DNA of 63,459 bases, filler included, from Craspedostauros australis (taxonomy: Eukaryota): NCBI GenBank assembly GCA_030167865.1. It is 15 parts of 15 records of this genome, joined end to end, with 100 filler letters (N's around TTAATTAATTAA, not from the genome) between each part and the next. Parts side by side here need not be neighbours in the genome. Positions count along the whole stretch, not along the records: positions 9,676 to 25,453 come from JALAGF010003532.1; positions 25,554 to 28,395 come from JALAGF010003534.1; positions 28,496 to 29,872 come from JALAGF010003535.1; positions 29,973 to 32,534 come from JALAGF010003536.1; 11 more parts are not named here. One strand, given 5' to 3'. The position numbers and the translations under genes are program-made. Below the pieces are notes generated by a model. That model was not told where the DNA came from. It made no database searches and saw only the letters and a list, made by a program, of their open reading frames with translations. Position 1 is the stretch's first letter. Each line of letters opens with the position of its first letter. Shown piece by piece: positions 20,401 to 29,998 of the stretch.

Positions 20401-22060
20401 CGCAGAACCCGAAAAACAGCCTGAAGCGGGTGGCATTTCGACTCCTGCGCGTGACACCAAGCGCCAGGTTCCTGAGTCGGCGGCGAAGATGGCCGACAAA
20501 CTGGAAGGCCTGTCGACCTTGTGGCAATCGGTGTCCAAGGATGAATCATGCCGAACGCCGATCGCTCATGAATCGCCGGTGTCATCTCTCAGCCCGTCTC
20601 CGGTGGGTTCCACTGCGTTGGTTGAGTTTGATCTGGATGCAGCAACGCCAATCGCTCCATCTCCAACAGAAGCGAAGTCCTTGCAAGGAACTGAACGGTC
20701 TCAAACTAGCAAGGCCTCGACGATGGGCTCTTCGAGGAAGATTTATCCGGATCTCGCGCCTCGATTCTTAACTGAGGAGCGGGCGAAAATGCGAAGAATA
20801 CGAGGGGGGCCCGCCACGCCGCATTCTGTCCAATCGACGAAGAGGCCACCGTCGCCCAAAAGAACGCAGGCACAGCACAAATCACGTCTGCCGAAGTTCG
20901 AAACCGACAAGCGCGCAACGCGCATCCCGTATCCCACCGGCGCCACATCGCCGAGCCTCATTCCTTCGTCTCGAACGAACAGCCCGCTCAGACGAGCCGC
21001 GTCACCGGCCACGGTGCAGAGCGCTCCGAAGATACCTGCTGATCAAACTGTGACAAGCGAGACGCATCCTACATCGGCCACGGTATCCAGCCGTATCCCT
21101 TCCACAAGGCCAATGCGCCTTCCCCATTCGGCTCGGATGAGTAGCCCGGCCCAAAGGACCGTCTCTCCCCTCACGGTACAAAGCGCTCCCAGATTCCTCA
21201 CCGACGAACGAGCCGCCAAGAAAAAGTACCCTTCAGGAGCCGCGACGCCAAGTCGAATTCCGTCCGCCAGAAGCTCCCATCATCCGCATTCTTCTCGCCC
21301 AAACAGTCCCATGAGCCGAACTGCCTCTCCGCTGACAGTGCAAAGCGCGCCCAGATTCCTCACCGACGAACGAGCCGCCAAGAAAAAATACCCTTCAGGA
21401 GCCGCGACGCCAAGTCGAATTCCGTCCGCCAGAAGCTCCCATCATCCGCATCCATCTCACCCAAACAGCCCCATGGGCCGAACTGCCTCTCCGCTGACAG
21501 TGCAAAGCGCGCCCAAATTCCTCACCGACCAGAGAGCCGCAACAAAGACGTACCCCAAGGGGGCTACGACGCCCAGCAAGATTCCATCTTCCAGAACCAC
21601 GAGAAGCCCTGTCACTCAGAGTGGTTTGCGACGTCCCGAGACGCGACAGCTCCGTGTCCAAACCTCTCTGACTGCACTTGCGCCACGACAGATTGAATCA
21701 ACAGGCAAGATCATAAAGAATGTCACGCCGCGGCAGTCCGACAAGAAGGGTCAGCAGACAAGTTGCCCCAACACGTTCATCGACAAGCTCCACCCGTCCG
21801 TTGGGCCATGCGACCGCTGTTGGTCGTTGGCATCCCCGTCAGACCAGGCGAAATTCAAGAAGAAAGGAACGAGCCTGTGCATCCAGCGGACACGCGGTGG
21901 TTGCAAGGGATGCAAGATCTTCCCATCACCCTCCGAAGCAGACAAGGAACCCATCCACGTTCGCCTTTGTACGAAGTGCTTCAACGACACGCATCTCAAG
22001 GTGCACGATAGGATGCAGGTGTACAGGGGAAACCACCACAAGCTCATGCCGACAAGTTAA
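14492..22060 (+). CDS. Giant low-complexity protein (~2,430 aa) with SxIP-rich basic repeats and a C-terminal Cys-rich domain
   Basis: 7.5-kb open frame, first ATG at 14492. Probable in-frame intron 14646-14924 (G|GTGAGC...ACAG|AA). Acidic disordered middle, basic Ser/Pro repeats, C-terminal CDRC/CKGC/CTKC. Confidence 0.85.
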   Translation: MTRFYSTAAAKYEFARRPARSSAKAGVKTTPSQSSPASSTGNASFGSFEMEGEPSDLLLERGRYAVSRDVGASFASAFVLCKSSMFGNSSCLQASIHRNSLIHPSDSTALIHILINPPRCFQYATAHLHICRMGVCICIRVCITECVSSKDITTYMMRHREVCHELLNKHRPSVVCLMKLGKINETAQSSAIQIYDAGSQSIFDVGADDDSDFDLDEFKDSRMVPLSTPMPSDKSVWATPAQYSLGALTTGGKRWRKVSSLVEASPYSDDDFLYSPVVTSKRRRTTASSKKAKGGNRSDDRVAVHLHFDSRDTGDDGAEDIFHEAIDEIPHSPVASQDLDDSGIFHSPELIREVIDLIPTEQLETKPAMLRSNTALSDDDVSDVTPKTANHSFSFTPSQAEKFQNALGLSDSDHEKLEERKDGEGDDQVLTDASAPMKTETPAGEPSYALSQTAPAQSPRIEEMPAVGTGMPQHDSDDKAFEEPQQEEASTAVPAEEPQPVADEGGTHQLDDYELWLLKQQQPGEPELMEEPELLDEPDLVEEPAFVTNDTPELDRKPANEPAEEPVLEAVQTSTQETVPGPASTSIFTQGTEEPGQSLQSAVETTTTTDSHNESANESAQDALDEPTPEPSPSPEPVPTPEPTPELASASLSKETSGETAQSTESISAARDTTESDHKSHDGLIQGTPHESLPEPPKEQEEPGDIQQQQMDSTPVAEKPVADEHESSGDVKDGLKLEKERIPEGTVEATEHSSTPPKPQSSSFGAKDTETTALDSSVAEASKSEQPSSASTALLDPSPAKALIEFGGDPEGDHVKIIKDDKLRDNALEQGLQTVAAHDDSDGDADATSTPPKKDALADEAKESAGSKEVYPATDSSPHASKVTVENEAESVKETETDVQDLNTAFQSVQDFVNELGSQTEETTPKETQTAPSTTQLTGLESGVAAAALATAGATVEAAATGAPSAATAASAATVPPTPPVAAMVPTFSPPPPPPPVPTTSPAGSWPTSLSFNQATPTFSQGTSTFSFGQKTDAAAALPNAIAKPGTTASHHPTTATLLASPDGIADKSADVAKQDVAKQNAPTPPTPKSSVSAFSFTPLTTGAATPATTPVAAEADADAPNQPFSLSSTPPTKQHEHHSAAGEMSSASFPLVAASPMINKDGHESTQEEEGEADRVSEEIDTQQVEHYFDQSAEMTAHSTDDYDVWIATKQTADEPDHAATQDSSDAELATGNDQQIEPTELLNEGKGQLDDSFDVWLSVGKQHDQSTKSSLDGANESTPSTDEHLPETLLSPHNLGSPQQQPRKDESSSLSASATAATPNKDVQDSKTVPFGVSDSPVTAEKQLPQAKMTEEVTQATPVQPQTPSNDDANLTRIESQPYQDPPVQDQGLIDDDALKKLEGQDGSGMADTVSGRDNASAQATPRATSPSTRSIAFGSPSIETDQSVEAKTTSNRGNQQNSGDDDHRRIQSPLRASPAASRSKDEGVGQQVLGILGDKRVPPTNPDAQNPPRTPQRKEVSNDDARSEDNYDVWLGKPGDIESYDFVDRQPDATFAPVPAAVPAQAEVPQAGASLDETFDSLDVWIDVENNIPGGATNTASQTERQQPAQDNARTVEQHGSCAAADAIPVAHAPATTDVPSNEAVNAKSESNTVADAIVDEKNTLATKKEYGQAQDAVPDIEAAVAASDKSTTPQPPPPPPSTLSDDTMVRNQVKQPSNNSDETAAPDASTDSNAKKANTDRGAEIVGAVVDATVGAARQEEEMKQAQSETGSTQLTTTETNAEDLAQTKVHTQTQIQMQKQTSTNDDAELGISSTDLVRNELESSTVIVEVGEDAVYDKQSTNDTAKQSNPTTIDAAAAANTPNKSDEHPQTASQQTQQGDGTIEVELKPDTTESGLQQRQEEDPRSASLKPSPHDVSSLAEEGRSPSMTARNERQKSTSGLSPPPIDSAKVAGTGKTDGTKESTAGAGDAEPEKQPEAGGISTPARDTKRQVPESAAKMADKLEGLSTLWQSVSKDESCRTPIAHESPVSSLSPSPVGSTALVEFDLDAATPIAPSPTEAKSLQGTERSQTSKASTMGSSRKIYPDLAPRFLTEERAKMRRIRGGPATPHSVQSTKRPPSPKRTQAQHKSRLPKFETDKRATRIPYPTGATSPSLIPSSRTNSPLRRAASPATVQSAPKIPADQTVTSETHPTSATVSSRIPSTRPMRLPHSARMSSPAQRTVSPLTVQSAPRFLTDERAAKKKYPSGAATPSRIPSARSSHHPHSSRPNSPMSRTASPLTVQSAPRFLTDERAAKKKYPSGAATPSRIPSARSSHHPHPSHPNSPMGRTASPLTVQSAPKFLTDQRAATKTYPKGATTPSKIPSSRTTRSPVTQSGLRRPETRQLRVQTSLTALAPRQIESTGKIIKNVTPRQSDKKGQQTSCPNTFIDKLHPSVGPCDRCWSLASPSDQAKFKKKGTSLCIQRTRGGCKGCKIFPSPSEADKEPIHVRLCTKCFNDTHLKVHDRMQVYRGNHHKLMPTS
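21163..21600 (+). repeat. Intragenic tandem repeat, 162-bp (54-aa) period, about 2.6 copies
   Basis: The CCGAC anchor in 'FLTDE' recurs at 21201, 21363 and 21525. Unit SPLTVQSAPRFLTDERAAKKKYPSGAATPSRIPS... Confidence 0.92.
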
Positions 22061-22183
22061 GCAACGAGAATCCGTTTGGCGACAGCATCAAGGCGTAGCG
22101 ATGGTCGCTCTCTAGAGATAGTCGTGGTAGTAATACAGAATGCTACGTATTCTCCAGTAGCTTGTCGTATGCGAAACACGCTG

Positions 22184-22777
22184 TTACATGCCCTTGCCAA
22201 TAGATGCTCGGCTTCCTGAACGCTTGTCCGTATCGCTTTGGGGATCGTAGTCTCCATCCGCAACATTGCAGGCCTGGATGAAGAAGACGATCGATGTGAC
22301 CAAGGTCGCCAGGAACATGAGTATCGTCCCAGCTTGCAGATCCACAGGCTCCTCCTTCACCCACACGTACTCCACAGGTATCTGGCTGAGCCTGTTGGAC
22401 ATGCCCGCCTCGTTCTTCGCGTACACCACCTTCTTGCTGATGGAATGGATCGTGCCGGAATTGGAGGAGTACACGAACTGGATGACGATCTTCTCCAGGC
22501 GTTCTCTGGGTCGCGCCGTCGTCTGGATCCACGGGATGGTCCACATGCCCTGTTCGAAGCCCAAGGAGAATTCGCGGTCGTAGGCTCGGAACTGCACCGT
22601 CCGGGTCGTGCCGAACAACGGCACTTGCGACCGCATCACGTCCGTCGTCCCCTTCTCCGTGTACATCAAGGTGTGGATGGGATCGCCCATCTTGTAGGCA
22701 TTCGCGATTGTGGTTGTGCACAGGATCAGCAGGACGATGAGTCTGCTGAGGGATATGGGCGGGCGATGTTGCTTCAT
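22184..22777 (-). CDS. Conserved small type I membrane protein (signal peptide, ~130-aa lumenal domain, C-terminal TM)
   Basis: ATG at 22777. Signal peptide ...TIANA|YKMGD and motif EYVWVKEEPVDLQAGTILMF followed by a TM. From memory it resembles an uncharacterised plant/algal family. Confidence 0.8.
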   Translation of the reverse strand: MKQHRPPISLSRLIVLLILCTTTIANAYKMGDPIHTLMYTEKGTTDVMRSQVPLFGTTRTVQFRAYDREFSLGFEQGMWTIPWIQTTARPRERLEKIVIQFVYSSNSGTIHSISKKVVYAKNEAGMSNRLSQIPVEYVWVKEEPVDLQAGTILMFLATLVTSIVFFIQACNVADGDYDPQSDTDKRSGSRASIGKGM

Positions 22778-23179
22778 TGTGACGTTGGCGATGATAGTGG
22801 CGATGATGGTGGTGAGGAGATCAGAGTGTTGGCAAGTGGTTGGTGGGTGGGTGCTGTCAACGCGTGCTTGTTGTGCGCATTGTTGTGCTGGGATGCGCAC
22901 AAGTTGTGGGAGGACTCTTGTTTTTGTTTGTTGGTTCTTCGCGAACTGCCAACAAGACGTGAACAACGGTGTTGTTGGGGAAGTTCAGCGAGCGGTGTGT
23001 CTGAGTCTACGAACTGGAGACTAGATCAGGGTACTCTGCTCAACCTCGCAGGAGACAGTATCCGCATTGGTACAATACATGTAGCTCGCACTTTGGCAAC
23101 GCAATCAACGCAACTCATTCCTACGAGTATTACACGAGAGTATATATGGTGTCACAGCGCGAGTATGCTCCACCGCATC

Positions 23180-24403
23180 TCACGTCATCAGGTGCTGCAT
23201 CATTGGAGCTCCGGCCGCTGCGCTTGCGTCATTCTCCGAGGGCTTCATGTATTCCGTCTTTGACACGTCCACTTCACCATCCTTGAGCCGATACAAGTAG
23301 CAGACGATCTTCTCTCCTTGCATTGCCAGCAGAGCGAACGACGGGATGATCTCATCCTCGTCCTCCCCTTCCACCATTGTGGACGACGATTGCGCGCCAG
23401 TAATTGATCCCTGTTGGGATGATTGGTATCGTCGCAGAGCGAGACAGTGCGTCAATCGGTTGCAAGCATCATGTTATATGATGTATAATAATAGAAGAGA
23501 ACAAACGGAGAGCACGCGAAATGGATGAGTTCGCATAGATGACCACATGAACATCACGATCACCGACGCCCATCGCAGATCGCATCCGAGCATACATCGA
23601 TGCAAAAAAGACGAATAGCCGTCGTTGTTGCCATACAATAGCTCTCACTCACCGGATTGATGTAGCAGTATCCATCCCTGACTTGGAAATCGCTCTTGTG
23701 CGTGTGGCCGCTGATCAGCACATCCACGCTCAGACGACGCCGCATTTGCTCCAGACCATCCATGCTGCCGTTTGGCATTACCTGATGACCATGCACAACA
23801 CCGATCCTGAAATTTCCCACCTGCACGACTCTGGTATCAGGAAGTTGGTTGGCGTAGCTGATGCTCACGCCGGTACTGCCGTCCTCATTGTCAATGTCCA
23901 TGTCGCCCCGGACGACCGTGACGTTGGGTGCCAGTGTACAAAGCTCCGAATACTGTTCGCGCTGTATGTTGCCCGTGCAGATGGCATGCTGCATCTTGTT
24001 GGGGACGAGCATTCTGCGATGCATCGTGGTGTGGTACGTCATGTTGGTTTCGCATCCATAATTTGTGTTCCGAGAGCGCGGAGAGTGATGCCACAGAACA
24101 TCCCAGTGACGCAGTTGGGTTGTTGAGTAATTACTCGTATTGAATGGGTGAGTGCTGTGGTGCACACTCTCTCGAGGTCTGACAATCAGTCTCGTGCTTT
24201 CCATGAACAAGCACTTGCGCAGAGCAACCGCGCGATGCCAACGCACAGACCATCACTCCACAACGCCACCGCACGCTCCGAACCACACCTGTATAGTACA
24301 AACGCAGCGGCCCTCACCTCTTGAACTTCTCATGGATGCCACTCGCTCTGTGAGGAATGTGGTAATCCCCCAGCACAAGGATCAGATCTCCGAAGTTCGC
24401 CAT
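23180..24403 (-). CDS. VPS29: Vacuolar protein sorting 29 (retromer subunit), 3 exons
   Basis: Exons 24403-24318, 24013-23653 and 23410-23180 (GT-AG). Motifs LVLGDYHIPHRA, LVPNKMQHAICTGN, VRGDMD, HGHQV, SGHTH and INP|GSITGA. Confidence 0.95.
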
Positions 24404-25553
24404 GATGTGCGAGTACTTGTACGACTATGAGTGCGTATCTTGGCTTCTTTCAAATTCTGCGACGGATGGTATGATTATGTATCGCGGGAGGAAGGAAAGA
24501 CGATGCTGCGGGAAGGGAGGTCTGCACGGTGGATGGGATGGATGTCATGGATGGATGCTTTGGCAGCGAAGCGATGTCGATGTCGATCTCGATGTCGATG
24601 TTGGTGGTGGTGTTGGTGGTAGTCGTTCTCCTCTCTCTGGGAGTTGTCGGAAAAGGAGAAAAGCTTACTTTTTATGTCGGAATTGGCAAGACCAGGTACT
24701 TGATTAGACATAAATATGTGATTTGCACCCATCATGGTACTTTGTTTGTTCCTACTACTATTGAGTACTTAGTTAGTGCTCTCCTTTGTGTTTCAGTTTC
24801 TGTTGTTTTCGTTGTTTTTTGGTGTTTGTGTTGGTTTTGTTCGTACTGTTGTTGTTATTCTGTGTGATCTACTCTGGGGAGTAGTGCTCTCTGTCTGTGA
24901 TTTCTGCCTGCTTTGCTGGTTCTCGTGTGATGTTCCTGTTGTTGACGCATTCACGCTGATGCAGTGATTTTGGTGTTGTTGTTGTTGTTGACGCATCCAG
25001 GCTGATGCAGTGTGCTGCGTTGCGCTGCACTTAGGCGTTCACAGTGTGCCCTGTTGCATCGGCAGACACAACACTGCCATTCACTCCATCAGGCATTCCT
25101 GCTGCAGCNNNNNNNNNNNNNNNNNNNNNNNNNNNNNNNNNNNNNNNNNNNNNNNNNNNNNNNNNNNNNNNNNNNNNNNNNNNNNNNNNNNNNNNNNNNN
25201 NNNNNNNNNNNNNNNNNNNNNNNNNNNNNNNNNNNNNNNNNNNNNNNNNNNNNNNNNNNNNNNNNNNNNNNNNNNNNNNNCCACCACCAGGCAACCCGCT
25301 GGGATTGTGGGAAGCCAGGGATGCGTTGGTGTGAGCTTGAAGGAGCTGCGCCTCAAGCTCAGCCAGCCGGGCCTGCGCATGCTGCTCACGAGCATGAGCT
25401 TCGTTGCGCATGGCCTCGAACTGGGCCCGAGCTTCATGCTCAATTCGGGCCTTNNNNNNNNNNNNNNNNNNNNNNNNNNNNNNNNNNNNNNNNNNNNTTA
25501 ATTAATTAANNNNNNNNNNNNNNNNNNNNNNNNNNNNNNNNNNNNNNNNNNNN

Positions 25554-25990
25554 GATTGAGTCACATGAAGATCCAATGCTGGCATCATTCTATGCCTTAG
25601 AAGAACACCAGTATACTTCTCGAGCAAGAGGCAATCATCAGCCGCAACTTCAACATATGGTGCCGAATTCAATGTCATGGGATCCGTGGCAGAAGAGATC
25701 ATTGTGCTACAATGTGCACTCCAATTTCTGAGGGTGCAAGTCAAGTTGCCAGTAATCGCATTCCGTGACAACAATGCTGCGATCTCGAACACGATGATCA
25801 CAGAGAGCTTGCTACAAGAGAAGCATGCAGCGATATCATTTCGCAAAGTCTGCGAATCTGTGTGAGCCGGTATGCAAGTGCCAGTATATGTTCCACCAGC
25901 ACAAAGCTTTGCAGATATGCTCACAAAAGCACTGGCGAGACCAGCACTCGCCACTTTCGTCACTGCTCTGTTCGACGGGAGTCATCCTCA
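25554..25990 (+). mobile_element. Degenerate Ty1/Copia (diatom CoDi-like) RNase H remnant
   Basis: TPVYFSSKRQ..TSTYGAEF, DNNAAISN, EKHAAISF and FADMLTKAL, with in-frame stops. It is the reverse complement of 28496-28932. Confidence 0.88.
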
Positions 25991-27953
25991 AGATGAAGGG
26001 GCACGCCAGCTTTCACTGTAAACTATACCACTTACAAATCGAATTGGTGTGCGCTTCGGCACTTTGTTCGGCTGGTTTTCTGCGTTGGCGACTTTGCATG
26101 TTGTGCAAAACTCCTCTGTCGGCCACCATGATCACCCGACCGGACTGAAAAAAACACCCGAAGCAAAAACGACTCTTTCGCACCGATAACAGTAAAAAGC
26201 GCAACACATATGTCTGTCTGTCAACACGACCACCAGCAATCGCGAAGATGCAGGCAGCGACGGCTCGGATGTGTGATAAAAAACATCCAGTACTAAATCT
26301 ACGGGCGATGGCGATGGTTCTCGCCAAAACGAGCATGCCCGCTTGCACAACACAACTCCGCGACGTGTCGGACCAGAACAACAAAAACATGGCCCAAATT
26401 GGGTGGAAATGTTGGGCGGACCCATGCAACTCTCTCAACACGAAGTCTTGCTGCAACCCGTTTTTGTTGAACCGGCATTGACGGAAGATTGACGGTTCTC
26501 GTCAAAAAGTCGGACCGACGGAGCATTGCTACAACACGGCGCACTGCGAGAGCCTCGGAAGGACGGACCAACTGGCCAAAAAATGTCTCCCCCCGCGACT
26601 CGTTGGTTTGTGACTGAATGGGCTCTTATCTATTTTATCATCGGTTCGACACCGTGTCGTGGTGGCCGACTTTGGGAGCTGCGGGAGACCAATTTTCCAG
26701 TCGCCTCCCACCCTGGTCTGACGCATCCTTGTTGACCTTTGGTACCCATTGTAGTATCGTCAATAGTTGATATACTAATGTGTGTAGATACCATGTAAAA
26801 CGTACCATACACACCGAGGACAGCAACTACACATTTAGACTGCTTGTCCAGCACCATGCCTCCACGTTTCTGTCAATGAAACACTGTGCAAGAGTTGGTT
26901 CGTGTGCTTTCAATTGTTCGAGTGTCTGGAAGGTTAATTCTTGGTGTGACGTCACTCTATGTCCGTTAAGTACAAACCGTCCTCCAGTTCCAGAGACGAA
27001 ATAGAACACTGTGCAACATGCAAAGAACGACGCAATGACAAAATCACGAAACATCGATTTTCTATTTGACATTTTATTTTTGTTCACAAGTACGCAATCG
27101 ATATTTGTTTGAAAGGAAACCTGAGAACTCCCCTCGTGTTGTGGACATCGGTGGTTTTGTGACCTGTCGCAGACATCATTGCGTTCCCACCAAATAAGAG
27201 TTTTGACACAACACCACGACCCAACCGGCCAATCATGATGGTCGGTTCATGCAATGCCATTGTTGTTGTTAACTGATGACGCCTTCGGGCTTCCGAAGGG
27301 TTTGTCCGACACGTCACGTTGGTCGTGTTGTGAATTTTCCTTTTCCGTTTTTTACGTTTCGAAGTACATTTTTTTGGTGTTGTCGTGTTGGTTGCGTCGT
27401 GAAAACGTGATTTCTGACTGATTGCAGCACTCATCCATTTCCCGAATCGCGTAATTATCGTGCTATATTCATATTTTTATGGTTTCTACCGACAAAATGC
27501 AAGGTGTTGTCCAATTGTTGTCTGAATTTGTCAGTATCGCGAGTGTGTGGTGTGTATGATTTCGTGCTGATGGTGGATTCATGACTACGGAGCTGTGATG
27601 ATGTTTGTTGNGTCAGCTGTTGCTGCTGTCGATGACNTCTGCATTGTACATGTGTACAGATGCCAACACCCCCATGCTTGTGGTAGCTAGCGGAAACAAT
27701 TCAGTATGTCGTACAAAGAAGACTGGGATCACCGCACTCCACTGGCGGCATTCACCGGCAAACGTAGAATGATGGAATGCATCCCATGAGTAGGTCTGTA
27801 TGTCAAAAGAACAGAATCACAGGCATCTGCTTGTTGCACAGATCCAGAGCATTGGGGTTGGATGACACATCAGCGATGAGGATGAGATATCTGCCCACCC
27901 AATCGCAGACTGCAAATGCGTGTATATCAATATCCGTAAGGAATTTTTCGGGA

Positions 27954-28024
27954 CTGAGGAGTCCACTTACGGCTAAGTGGATTCCTCAGTCCACTTACCA
28001 TTTTTGTTGTTTCGTAAGTGGACT
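27954..28024. repeat. Two overlapping hairpins built from a GTCCACTTAC motif
   Basis: CTGAGGAGTCCACTTA-cggc-TAAGTGGATTCCTCAG pairs at 15/16. AGTCCACTTAC...GTAAGTGGACT pairs at 11/11. Confidence 0.8.
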
Positions 28025-28495
28025 NNNNNNNNNNNNNNNNNNNNNNNNNNNNNNNNNNNNNNNNNNNNNNNNNAAAAAAGTAGTCGAATTTCGCTCATCT
28101 GAGAAAAGACTACTTCGACCACCCCACCCTGTCACATTTTTTGGATTCTTCGTGTTGCTGCGTGTAAACTTGTGCACACAGCGATTTTGCATTGAGACGC
28201 ACCTCCTCCGTTCTTTCCTTACACAAATACTCTCTCCATCCCTACAATAACAGCAATCAACACTGACTCTACTCTGCATTATATTGTCTTTCTCTACTGT
28301 TATGATACTGCTGTGCTACTGTTATGCTACAGTCATCCTTGCGAGCCTCTTGTGCGTGGAATACGTTGGTGTACATAATTCGTATTGCATATCATNNNNN
28401 NNNNNNNNNNNNNNNNNNNNNNNNNNNNNNNNNNNNNNNTTAATTAATTAANNNNNNNNNNNNNNNNNNNNNNNNNNNNNNNNNNNNNNNNNNNN

Positions 28496-29420
28496 TGAGG
28501 ATGACTCCCGTCGAACAGAGCAGTGACGAAAGTGGCGAGTGCTGGTCTCGCCAGTGCTTTTGTGAGCATATCTGCAAAGCTTTGTGCTGGTGGAACATAT
28601 ACTGGCACTTGCATACCGGCTCACACAGATTCGCAGACTTTGCGAAATGATATCGCTGCATGCTTCTCTTGTAGCAAGCTCTCTGTGATCATCGTGTTCG
28701 AGATCGCAGCATTGTTGTCACGGAATGCGATTACTGGCAACTTGACTTGCACCCTCAGAAATTGGAGTGCACATTGTAGCACAATGATCTCTTCTGCCAC
28801 GGATCCCATGACATTGAATTCGGCACCATATGTTGAAGTTGCGGCTGATGATTGCCTCTTGCTCGAGAAGTATACTGGTGTTCTTCTAAGGCATAGAATG
28901 ATGCCAGCATTGGATCTTCATGTGACTCAATCGTGTGCATGATCGCCATTGACAAATGCATACATTGGAAGTTGTAGGTAGATCAGCTTTGGCGATCTGC
29001 TGTCGATTTCCTCTGATGCTTCCGGGTATTCCTCTTTCATCTGCGAGGCCATTTCTGGATTGGATGGTGTTGCATTGAAGTTGTCAAATATCATCGGGCG
29101 AGAGTCAATCTGTGTTTGCAATGTGGACTTGTGCTCCAGATATCCCCATACTATGATGGCTCTCTCAAGGCATCCTTTGCGAGATGATGCAGTGAAACGT
29201 GAAAGTGAAGAAGTTGCAAATGCAAAATCAAAACGTCCAAGTTGAACAACTCAGTTCATCATCCCGATGAGCTGCTGGAACTGGTGTTGTTANTCAGGTG
29301 TTAGTAGTTTGGAGTCATCCGTTTCCAGATGATTCTTGTTCTGCGTGGGACCATGTTGGTTGCGTATTGATCCCTGTTGTCATTCCAACTTGTCCAATGC
29401 ATTTGCAATGTATTTGCTGC
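28496..29420 (-). mobile_element. Degenerate Ty1/Copia pol (RT C-terminus + RNase H)
   Basis: KYIANALDKLE, HLETDDSKLL, FQQLIGMMN*VVQLGRFDFAFATSSLSRF, YPEASEEID and AFVNGDHAHD, with multiple stops. Confidence 0.9.
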
Positions 29421-29845
29421 AGGCAGTCTTGCAGCAGATACTGTGATAATGCCTGATCCACAGCCACCATTGGACCTCAAGAAGCCAATCGGCCACATGA
29501 ATGATGTCATTATGCTTCCGTTGATGCTGCACAAGAGTGCCAGCATGCACCCTGCGGCATTGGCTGCAGTGGGTCGCCGTCAGTGTGTCCACATGGCATG
29601 TCATGAAGCTAAAAATATCAAGCCATCCCAACAATACGGCGTTTGACATCGACATGTTGTCATCTGGCAACCATCCACCTGCTGACATCACCTGGAACAG
29701 CATGAACGGCCAAGAACAGCTACATGTCTTCGACATCGCCCCTGGACATCGTGCTCGTTGCATTCCGTAGTGGCGATCCAGACTGCGCCATTCATATCTC
29801 ATGGATAGCAGCGAACATGAGGTGTGGACCCTGGGCAATGTGGCA

Positions 29846-29872
29846 TATTGGCAAGTTCCGCTCATGGATACT
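29846..29872 (+). mobile_element. Family 2 element terminus
   Basis: TATTGGCAAGTTCCGCTCATGGATAC matches the reverse complement of 57690-57715 except at one base. Confidence 0.7.
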
Positions 29873-29998
29873 NNNNNNNNNNNNNNNNNNNNNNNNNNNN
29901 NNNNNNNNNNNNNNNNTTAATTAATTAANNNNNNNNNNNNNNNNNNNNNNNNNNNNNNNNNNNNNNNNNNNNGCATAGTCTTCTTCCTGCTATTCATC

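Noticed and set aside
22238..23263. Long antisense ORFs (also 36434-37249, 18908-19768 and others)
   Set aside because: They are shadows of GC-rich codon usage on the strand opposite real genes.
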